NCBI GenBank assembly: GCA_030265395.1
Contig: JARFYF010000046.1
Span: forward strand, 14,684,082-14,748,081
Direction of reading: 5' to 3'
Source of the DNA: Rhina ancylostomus
Taxonomy: Eukaryota
Length of the DNA stretch: 64,000 nt
The notes under the pieces were generated by a model, which searched no databases, had not been told where the DNA came from, and worked only from the letters and a program-made list of their open reading frames with translations. Positions 53,781-64,000 of the stretch are shown in pieces. Numbering within the stretch: position 1 is the first letter of the stretch; each line of letters begins with the position of its first letter. A program made the translations under genes and the position numbers.

Positions 53781-55450
53781 TTCAAAGATCTCTCAACTGA
53801 TCTGACATACATGAATGTTTGCATTTGATGAAACTGAACACAGTTTTCAAGCAATACTTTTCCTTGGAAAATCAATCATAAATGGCTGTAATTTTCAAAG
53901 GACATTTTATAAAGTGACTTATCATTGAGATATTCTTCCCTTTTCTTCTTCCCACTGTATTTATTTGAATGATATTTAAATAAGTCATTCACCAAAAACA
54001 AAAGTGAAGGGTTCCATCTGGTGGATGCTTCTCTGCAATGTATAGTTAATGTTTCTGAGATGTTTCATTTGTAAATTTGGTCAAAAGTTGCATAATTATC
54101 ATACAAATGGAAGAATCATTAGCGGCATGTGTACAATTCATAGAAAGTTCCCCTTGTTGAACCAATTGCTGCCATGATCTCATATGGTACAGATGAAGAA
54201 ATATGGTGTGGTGTAATGAGCAATAGAGGACACCTGCATGCCCACATGTGTCACTGGAAGGAGGAAATACTGACCTCTCTTTCTCAAGGCAATTACTGTT
54301 ACACTTTTTTCATAATTCTTTCAAAATGTTACCAGAATGCTTTATTGTGGATTAAAACAAGCAAAATGCTCATTGGATCTATTAATTAGTAAAATACATA
54401 TTTTAGGTAGGAAGAGTAATATCATAGTATATTTATAGCTTTCCAAATCAAATACAAGTGAAAATCAACTTAAACAGATATTGCTAATGTAGCAGCAAAG
54501 AGGAAGAAAGGGAATGAAATTGTTTTGTGTTGTAAAAGAATCAGTTGGCTAAAAGAGCAGCTAAAAGAATAAGCAAGAATATCACATAATTAACATTCAA
54601 TTAAAATTCATTTTTTTGTAAAGGTAATATCAAAGCAACAATTAAATATGCAACTTACTTTGTAACTATGGATTTTAGGAATATTGAAATATCTCCACAA
54701 TTTATATTGCTCCTTCCCCCACAACCTCAGCAATCTCATCTGTCCCATGAGTAGGACCATGACCAAGAATACCTGTAAGTTCTTGAGTTCAATAAGATAA
54801 TCATTGAAATTCCCAAAACTTGAATGATGTCAAGGAGACACTTTATGGTTCAGAATTCAGTCTATATCTTCTGCTTCAGAAGCAATTTAGGTTAGGATGG
54901 TGTTATTTACTTTGTTCGTAGAAAAGATTGGAAAATGTAGGGGAAAGTGCACTATTTCCAGATATATAACAATGGGACAACTCAACATATGTACATGGAA
55001 AAAATAGTGGATGTAAATAATGGAGAGAACATAGGTATTCTTTGTTTCACTTATAGTAAATATTTTATACAGATACCCATTTACAGCTATATATGTATTA
55101 TATTTTGATCTTGTGATACTTAGCATCAACTTCTAATTGTCTCCAGTTTTGAGCAATACAGGTGTTTACATCATAAGGCAAAGAATAATATTCTTAAATT
55201 ATGTGTCAAGCAATAAGTAGCTCTTTATTCAACATGAACAAAGTGCAAAATTTGCTTGTAATAATTATAAGTATCTTTCTGGTCAATAGTATTTATTGTT
55301 GGACAATCCTAAAAGTGCTTGTTTTGGAGTATTAAGAATGATATATTGTTAGAGAAAAGTTGTTAAAGAAGTGCGCTTGAAAGTTCTTTGGTGTATAAAA
55401 GAGATGAATCAATTATGCTTCATTGTAAATAAAACACAATGTATATACTG
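53781..55450 (+). other. tbx5: Probable tbx5 3' UTR with poly(A) signal AATAAA at 55428-55433
   Basis: AT-rich, TE-free sequence after the stop codon; AATAAA at 55428 followed by T-rich sequence. The 3' end is inferred only. Confidence 0.5.
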
Positions 55451-57639
55451 AAATGAAATAACTTCAAATACTATCTTTGAGTGACTTACCTTTTCTTTGG
55501 CATCATGTTATGAATCTCTATCCGAGCAAATAGGGATCTGCCATTGAATGGGTTAACTAAGTCAAATACTCATGCCTGTAAAATATTGTAAAGATTGAGG
55601 CACAGGACTGCAAGCATGTAAAGAAAATATAGTGAAATCACTCTCAGTACATTAAAGGCAGTTAGCAGACAAATTTGATGATCTGCCTTTGTGTTTGTGG
55701 GTTCATATTGCATCACACTCTATAATAACTATCTCTTTTGCAGTTAAAAGAACATTATATACATTAAAAATACCTCCCTCTGTTTAAGGTCCTTATAATT
55801 TTTGTTCTAAGCAATCATTACCATTGCAACTCAATGCCAGAATGTACCAAACATAATTCAAGATTGAACATGACAGACTCTGAAATGATGTATTTATATT
55901 AATGTATTCATTGTATGGTATTGGCTAGTGTGTCTGCTTGTGTGATGCAATTGTTCTCAGTAAAGGGCACTTACACAGATTTTACCTTATAGATTGTAAT
56001 TAGTTTTGAACTGTATTTTGCAATGAAAAACACAACCATGGGAAATATCATACTGCAAATAAATAAGCTTTGTTAAAAAGAATGATAACAGTGGTCCTTT
56101 GAAAACAATCAGTAACTAAAATAAAGCACATAAGATACCTGGGGTCAGCTATGACAGTATCATTTTAGGTGTACACTTAACTATGGGAATTGTATTCTTA
56201 AGTTAATGTGCCATGATCTGAAATAGTATTACTATGTTTGACCATACGGATTTGACCATAACAGTTACTTGTAAAGAACATGTTATTTTACAGCTGATGT
56301 ACTGTTGGTTGTCTTTTCCACTTTAACTAATGTTAACAATTCTTTCTGAATTATAAAAACAACTGTTGGGTGAAGGTTTCATTTCTAATTGCTGGCAAAG
56401 TTTGAAGCCGCAAGCAAAACTGTGGTTCATACTATACTTATGTAATCTTGGTAAAGCAAAAGTAACAATTTAATCCTTTAATTATGCCAACCACAAGCTT
56501 CTGCCACAAGGATACAAATTGTGCCCAAAAAAGTAGATACTAATTTTCCAGTGTTTGAAACTTTAAGATTTGGCAATCTATCAACAATAAAAATGTAAAT
56601 TAGGAATCATTTAGAAAATGTAATAACTGCGCAAAACAAAAGGCACAATACACGTAAAATATGTTTCACTGTTTCTACAATTAATGCATTAACCTTTACT
56701 TAAAAATTGTGTCTGCTTCCAATTCCATTCAGTAATTCCTCATACCCACATATCACCTACCTTGTGCGACCTCTCCGCTTTACCTAAAATGGAAAAAGCT
56801 AAGTTTCAGCATCCTTTTACTTTAGTAAGTCTTTGGCATAGAATTGATTGCTCATGGATTTCACACATATTGAATGACTAAAAACGACAAGGTTTATTCT
56901 TCAATACTCCTTGCCATCTGGCAACAACAGTGCTTTGCTACTTGTGAAGAATAAGATCTATTTCACTTGAATGCAGAGGTTCAAACAAAAAAATGTAGTC
57001 TGTGCTTTAAAAATCTATCATTTTTAAATGTTCTCTACAGAGTTTGTGTTCTCAGTGGGTTCTGAACTTCTGACAATGTCCATTGCAAAACGTACAGACT
57101 TACACACATTAGACATAAGGAGCTGACATGATGTGTGTAATTTACTTAAGGGCTCTTCACACACTGTCTCTGGAACCTTCAATAAATATTGTTGCAGCCC
57201 AGGGTGCAGTTAGTCCCATGACATAACATAAAGGGGTACAACACCATGTAACTTTAGAATTATTTATTCATACATATAAAAAAGTGACCAAATCTACAAC
57301 TGTATGTCGGGAAATATGAGTTTGGAGTACAATATAATGTCCTTTAGAAAAAAATTCCACTGCTGGGACCAGAAATATTTTAACCAACTTAGTGTGATTC
57401 AAATTATATAAATGTATATATTTTTGTTCACTCTGCATACTCTGCAGCTATGCTGAACTCCAAACATATCTAAGCAAAACACTGCCTACTAGCCAATAGT
57501 GGGTAATTGGGAATTCAGACTCAGCCAAATGGTTTTCTGATAGTAAATAAAAATGAGTAACATACTCCTGTAATGTCACATAACCCTGTAACATACTGTG
57601 CTGTTGAACCCATGATTTTAACTCTGATATTTATGATAC

Positions 57640-58670
57640 ATTTTTTCCATTCATTCTCTGGGAATTGAGCATCACTGGCAAATCCAACTGGCCTCGAGGA
57701 GATACTGCGAAACCATCTTCTTGATTTGCTGCACTCCTTCTGGTGAACTTCCCTTGCAGTGTTGTTGGGTAGGGAGCTGCAGGATTCAGATATTGAAGGA
57801 AAATTGAGAGATTGCCAAGTCAAGATGTCATGCTACTTAGAGGGGAATCTGCAGCTAGTGATGTTTCCATGTGCTTATTGTTCTTGTCCTTCTTGGTGGT
57901 AGTGGTTTGGTTGGCACTGTCAGAGTAGCTTGGTTGAGTAAATGCAGTAGTTTTGCAGATGGTATGCATTGCAGGTGCAGTGCATTTGTGGAGGATTGAA
58001 TGAATATTTATTGTGGTTGGTGGGTGCTAATCAAGCAGGCTGCTTTGTCCTGAACACAAGTTCAAGAACCAACAGTCCAAAAAAACACTGACACAGGAAA
58101 CAGGACATAAAACAGAAAATGCAGAAAACACACAGCAGTTCAAACAACATTTGTGGAAAGAGAAAAAGAATTAACATTTATAACATTCTACACCCTGTGT
58201 TGTCCTCAAACTTCTTGAGTGTTGCTGTATTTTCATTCACCCAGGCAGTGCAGAATATGTAAACACACTCCTGACTTATGCCTTGTGGATAATGTCAGGA
58301 GGTTAGTCACTTGCCACAGGATATGCAGCCTTTAACCTGCCCTAATAGTTAAGTGGCTGGTCCNNNNNNNTTTCCGATCAATGATGTATCCCAAGATGTT
58401 GTTGGAAGGGTTGGCAGGGGGTGAGCGGGTGGGTGGGGAGGGGAAGTTTTAGTAATGGCACTGAATATCAAGTGTAAGTGGTTAGATTCTCTCTGGAGAT
58501 GATCAATCTCTGGCACTTCTGTGGCATGAATGTTCTTTCCACTTATCACCCCATTCCTGCTTGTCTTGTCTAGGTCGAGTTGTAGGCAGATATGGGCTGC
58601 TTCATTTACCCAGGAGTTACAAGTGGAATTGAACTTTGTGAAAACCTTCCCACTTCTGATCTTGTGTACA
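57640..58670 (-). mobile_element. Old non-LTR retrotransposon 3' fragment, with a Penelope repeat inserted at about 58100-58190
   Basis: ccattcattctctgggaattgagcatcactggcaaa...; gtggttagattctctctggagatgatcaatctctggcacttctgtggc. Confidence 0.65.
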
Positions 58671-59029
58671 TATAAGCCTCTTTTCAGTTGTTGCTAAGGC
58701 AGAGTGTTCAAATGCTTTGATCTTATGATTTAATTTCATGGTTAATCAATGCTGTTAAATATCTGTTACTGTATATAGCTATTCAGATGAGAAACATGTT
58801 TACCTGTACTGCATGTTTCTGCAGAAAACTTTCGACAAAAAGTAGCGTACACGACTGAAATGATGTTCCCTTCACCATACTTGTACCTTTCTATTAGACA
58901 ATCTGGCTTTTTATACATTTTCTAAATGCAGGAAATATAAAAAAGACCCAAAGATTTCTATAAACATGCAGCAACATCTGAAAGTTTGAAGACTCTCAAT
59001 CAGAAGAGAAGGTGCTATTCCTTGAAGTC

Positions 59030-59210
59030 AAACAGAAAATGATGCATATGCTCAGCAGGTGAGGCAGCATCTGTGGAGAGAGAAACTGAGTTAGCGTTTC
59101 AGATTTATAACATCCCACAGAAAGTTATTGGCCCGAAAAGTTAATTTTCTTTCTCTTTCCACAAATGTTGTTTGAACTGCTGTGTGTTTCCTTCATTTTT
59201 TGTTTTATTT
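59030..59210. repeat. Palindromic Penelope-derived element (two terminal-repeat arms in inverted orientation)
   Basis: Left arm ctcagcaggtgaggcagcatctgtggagagagaaac; right arm tctctttccacaaatgttgtttgaactgctg. Confidence 0.75.
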
Positions 59211-59779
59211 CCTATTACCTGTGTCAGTGGTAACACAGGCACCACTGTGTTTTTTTTGGATTGTTGAGTTTTGAACCTGTGTTGAGCATTGCAGAGTGCC
59301 TAATTGAAAGAGGAATCTTCTGAAGTCGTCTGGAGACAATTCCAAACATGGTGCAATATACGCACTGCGACAAGTCAAATTTTAAATCAGTGAAGTGTTC
59401 TGAGGGAACTTAGGGACATGTTTAAATAGGTTCTCTCTCTAGTTAACTGCAGTTAACCAATTACACTGCAACTTAAGCAAACTAAGGAAAAAGCAATTTG
59501 TTTGATTGGCACCACTACCACCAAATTTAGCAACACCACTTTACATTTTGTCTGCACCAGAAATGAACCATAGGAAGCAAAGTTATACATCATCAGTAAT
59601 ACATTGACAAGTAGTATGTCTCCTTTCATCACTACCACTAGGAATGACTAGAACAGCAATATCCTGGGACTACCATCATTTGCAAGTTCCCTTCTTTTAT
59701 ACGTTTGGTGTTGTGAAACATATTTTCATATTAGTTTCATATTGTATTTTTTCAATATTATATTTTATTTCTCCTTACA

Positions 59780-60130
59780 ACATGGATAGAGGCAATTCAA
59801 CCATTGAGTCTATGCCAGCTCCCAGAGTAACCTCACCACTACCCCTGAGAGCAGGTTCTCTGCAATCGTCTCTCCCTCACATGCCCATCAACTCCCCAAA
59901 TTTTCCTGTCGTCCATCGATACCAGGGGTAATTTACCAGGGTTAATTTATAACAGTTCATTAACCTATCAACTAGTGTATCTTTGGGATTTAGGAGGAAA
60001 CAGGAGTACCCAGGAGAAGTCCACATGGTCACAAGGAGAATGTGCAAACTCCAGAGACATAGCACTGAAGGTCAGATCTGAACCAGGGTTACTGAAGCTG
60101 CAACACTATCTGCTACACCATCGTGTCAAC
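59780..60130 (-). mobile_element. V-domain SINE, reverse orientation
   Basis: ggaggaaacaggagtacccaggagaagtccacatggtcacaaggagaatgtgcaaactcc...gaaccaggg. Confidence 0.85.
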
Positions 60131-60374
60131 CCAACATCATAATTGCATTACTGGAATTTGAGACCAGCACTCTGAATAAAGCCACACAATCCCGAGAGAA
60201 AAAAAACCTCTTAGCTGCCTTATTGATTCAGTGCGGAATAGAAATAAATGTTTTCCCCAATCTGTCCCCATGCTAAAGTCCTGGTCTGATCCAGCACCAA
60301 CTGGAAAGATGAGAAGTAGATTTGAGGTATTTGCCCAAGACAAGTAAATTTTCACATCAAACTGAGCTACTTGC

Positions 60375-60530
60375 AAGCCATTTGGATAGGTACTTGGACA
60401 GGAAAGGAGTTGAGGGATATGGGCCTAATGCAGACAACTGGGTATAGCATGGATAGGCATTGTGGTCAACGTGATGAGTTGGGCTAAATGGCCCGTTTCT
60501 GTGCTGTACAGCACTATGATTCTATGACTG
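60375..60530 (+). mobile_element. CR1 3' tail
   Basis: catttggataggtacttggacagg...gagggatatgggcctaatgc...gttgggctaaatggcccgtttctgtgctgtac...ctatgattctatga. Confidence 0.8.
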
Positions 60531-61455
60531 TGGCTACCTAATTTACTGTATTAACAAGGAGCTGGATTTATTACCCTATTTGGGTATATTGCTTTTCATG
60601 ACATTAGTCTACAGAATCTGCAAAAAGAATAAAAATACTTAAAAGGAATTTTAATGACAGTAGAATTTTATCTTCATGAATCTTGGAAATGTTTATGCTG
60701 TTAATACTAACATAAATTATATCTGGACAATTATGTATTTGGCCAATCAAAAGACAAAATCTCTTTCTTTGTTGGCCCAACTAAATATTTTATTGCATTT
60801 CAAATGGGGCCTCTTCTATGGGCAGAAATCTGTAGCTCCAGTGTTGGCGAGATATTGAATGTCAGTAGATGGAAAGTGATAAGCCAGGTTTATACAGGGA
60901 GCAAAACACCCACGAACTGAAAGAAACAAATTCTTCCAGCTGCAGTTTCAATGGGATGCAACTCATAACACACACTGAAGTTTTAATCAAATTTGCACCA
61001 AAATGCCACTGCTAACCTGAAGAGTAATCCAGTTAACTGACAAATATGTAAGGGTTGGCCATTAGCAATTTGGGTGATCATAAGTAGAGGAAGAATACCA
61101 TTCACATTTCATTCTTTGAAGTTTGGTTTACACATGGATCGATAGATCTACCTTTTACATCTGTGACCCTTCTTGCTTCATTATTTAGGTAATAGAAAGC
61201 AAATAGCATTTTAGATACATTGACAATGAACAGAATCGAACTGAATATTCTGGATGGTTAATCTTATGCATTTCTTCTAATCCACTGTAAACATACAGAG
61301 ATATTAATTAGATCAAAATAGGTAAGCTTTCCTTTTTCATGGTTGCAGTAATCTTGTACATAGTACCAGATCTTGTTTACAGTGAACAGTGTTAAAGAGT
61401 AGAGAGATTCTGTTGTTGCATTCCCAGTAAGGTTGCTGGGTTAGTTCATTCAGTA

Positions 61456-62412
61456 NNNNNNNNNNNNNNNNNNNNNNNNNNNNNNNNNNNNNNNNNNNNN
61501 NNNNNNNNNNNNNNNNNNNNNNNNNNNNNNNNNNNNNNNNNNNNNNNNNNNNNNNNNNNNNNNNNNNNNNNNNNNNNNNNNNNNNNNNNNNNNNNNNNNN
61601 NNNNNNNNNNNNNNNNNNNNNNNNNNNNNNNNNNNNNNNNNNNNNNNNNNNNNNNNNNNNNNNNNNNNNNNNNNNNNNNNNNNNNNNNNNNNNNNNNNNN
61701 NNNNNNNNNNNNNNNNNNNNNNNNNNNNNNNNNNNNNNNNNNNNNNNNNNNNNNNNNNNNNNNNNNNNNNNNNNNNNNNNNNNNNNNNNNNNNNNNNNNN
61801 NNNNNNNNNNNNNNNNNNNNNNNNNNNNNNNNNNNNNNNNNNNNNNNNNNNNNNNNNNNNNNNNNNNNNNNNNNNNNNNNNNNNNNNNNNNNNNNNNNNN
61901 NNNNNNNNNNNNNNNNNNNNNNNNNNNNNNNNNNNNNNNNNNNNNNNNNNNNNNNNNNNNNNNNNNNNNNNNNNNNNNNNNNNNNNNNNNNNNNNNNNNN
62001 NNNNNNNNNNNNNNNNNNNNNNNNNNNNNNNNNNNNNNNNNNNNNNNNNNNNNNNNNNNNNNNNNNNNNNNNNNNNNNNNNNNNNNNNNNNNNNNNNNNN
62101 NNNNNNNNNNNNNNNNNNNNNNNNNNNNNNNNNNNNNNNNNNNNNNNNNNNNNNNNNNNNNNNNNNNNNNNNNNNNNNNNNNNNNNNNNNNNNNNNNNNN
62201 NNNNNNNNNNNNNNNNNNNNNNNNNNNNNNNNNNNNNNNNNNNNNNNNNNNNNNNNNNNNNNNNNNNNNNNNNNNNNNNNNNNNNNNNNNNNNNNNNNNN
62301 NNNNNNNNNNNNNNNNNNNNNNNNNNNNNNNNNNNNNNNNNNNNNNNNNNNNNNNNNNNNNNNNNNNNNNNNNNNNNNNNNNNNNNNNNNNNNNNNNNNN
62401 NNNNNNNNNNNN
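61456..62412. other. Assembly gap (N run)
   Basis: 957 consecutive N; many shorter gaps occur elsewhere in the window. Confidence 1.
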
Positions 62413-62539
62413 ACTGGAGCATTTTAAGCCAAGCATCATATGCAACAAAACATTCTTCTATGCAATTAAAAATGCTTTTTCATAGTTAATGCTAATAACT
62501 TAAATGTGATACATTTGTTTTAAATCTGTTTAAAAAAAA

Positions 62540-62710
62540 TGAAAGACTTGCACTTGTATATCACATTCCCTAATCTGACAGTATTTTAAATGCTTGACAA
62601 ACAATGAAGTTCTTCCTAAATGTTGTCTACTTCACCTTTTAATTTTTCTTGTAATATAGGAAATATTGAAACCAAATGGCATACAGTGGGGCCTCCCAAA
62701 AGAGCATAGA
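62540..62710 (-). mobile_element. Short Deu-SINE/L2-tail-like fragment
   Basis: aagacttgcacttgtatatcac...caatgaagt...ttgtaatataggaaa resembles 52610-52710. Confidence 0.5.
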
Positions 62711-64000
62711 ATAGCACTGAAAAGTGAATGTGCTAAACAACGTGATTACTAGAGCTTTGTGTAAACAGGAATTCAATATGATGGGGGAAGATGGTGCTCA
62801 CTAACTTAATCCACAGAGCAAGAATAATTCTATAAAAATATAAAGTAATAAGTTTATTCTAAGAAAATAAAAATTGGAAGTAATTAAATCAAACAGCTCA
62901 ACATTAAATTGCATTAAACAAATGTTTAGTACTCTGAATAAACTAAGAACACACTCAATAACTAATGTTGGGACAACTGAGGTCAATTGTCTGCAATTCC
63001 TGTGCCATTTGAGGGTTGCAGTTATAAAATATAGTTCTCTTGATCCATGCTTAAACCAAACTTCAAAGACTGAAATTTGGATGGTATTCCTCCTCTACTC
63101 ATGCCCACCCAAAGTGCTAATGCTTAACCCTTATATATTTGTCAGTTAACTGGATTACTCATCAGGTTAACAAGGACATTTTGATGCAAATTTGATAAAA
63201 TATTTAGTGTGCATGAGGAGTTGCACCCCATTGAAACTGCAGCTGGAAGAATTTGCTTAAGCTCAGGATTTCTATGTTGGCATCACTGCAGAAGTCTGAG
63301 AATTTCCTGACGTGTGTCCACTTAAAGGTGGTCACCCTCCCCACCTACAAAACGTTTACAAGAGCAGTAAGTGTGCAGCTATTTTGCTGTCTGGAAAGCA
63401 ACTGTTATTGCAATAACTTTCATCAGTTCTCAAGAAAGCCATTCTCAGTTTGGTATTCAGGGAAGTGCAGACTGGAGCAGAGTGAGGGTATGTAGGAAAA
63501 ATGACTATCCAGGAGAACATGGCAAAGAGTAGAAACCCAGTGATAATGGGAAATGTGATCTTTGGGTGAATGGATGGGATTTCTCCAACAATAAATTCAA
63601 GTTTTGCATGCTGAGGTACCTCTGTTACAAGATAAGGCAGATTCTATGGGAAGAAGAGCAAAGGAAAAAATGTATGGCCACTGTTGGATCAAATCATGTA
63701 GGCAGGGAAGAGTGTTGATATATTTTAGACAGATTGTCAAGAGCTAGAAAGAAAGTTAAAGTCCGGGGGATGGAGACTAAATTGGACACTGCCTGAATCA
63801 GGACATGAGGATCATAAAGTGAAGTTAACCCGTGGTTCTTCAGCTGGTGCAGGGAGCACCGCATGTTCATCCTGCTGCTAATTATCAAGATTTTAATATC
63901 CAGAAGGCAATAAATCTGTTGTTGATTAGCCTTAGTGTATCACAAAGGGGCCTGATTTTATGAGTGGATAACACCATTTCAAGCCAGTTTTTGTGAGTTT

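Noticed and set aside
55500-57600. TE-poor downstream region as the known downstream Tbx5 fin enhancer
   Set aside because: No sequence identity that I can recognise; an alignment to published elements would be needed.
61337-62448. 361-aa and 332-aa ORFs
   Set aside because: Artefacts of translating an N gap.
63500-64000. CR1 ORF1 (esterase-like) remnant
   Set aside because: Faint resemblance only; too degraded to call.

Overview
This is a eukaryotic genomic window, most likely from a cartilaginous fish (shark or ray). That assignment is inferred from the repeat complement: V-domain tRNA-SINEs, a Deu-domain SINE, CR1/L2-type LINEs and Penelope-like remnants. The window holds one protein-coding gene, tbx5 (T-box transcription factor 5), on the + strand. 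It has eight coding exons from 42857 to 53780 that splice in frame to about 521 aa, with exon sizes and phases matching vertebrate TBX5. The rest is non-coding. Two CpG-retaining, transposon-poor domains (about 7.8-14.6 kb and 29-52 kb) are separated by a CpG-depleted stack of nested retroelements, and there are many assembly gaps. Nearly all short ORFs in the supplied track are spurious or decayed TE fragments. I found no prokaryote-type system such as CRISPR, and no clearly new biological system. The best leads are: a GC-AG intron inside the T-box; a tandem NAGNAG acceptor at the last exon; an open exon-8 read-through with intronic poly(A) signals; a Hox-core-dense intron 2; a candidate distal first exon; a compact intronic hairpin; two copies of a small TG...CA element with exact 5-bp TSDs; Penelope hammerhead-like relics; and an inverted repeat pair that appears homogenised. 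Repeat-family names come from recalled similarity, not database searches, and repeat boundaries are approximate.
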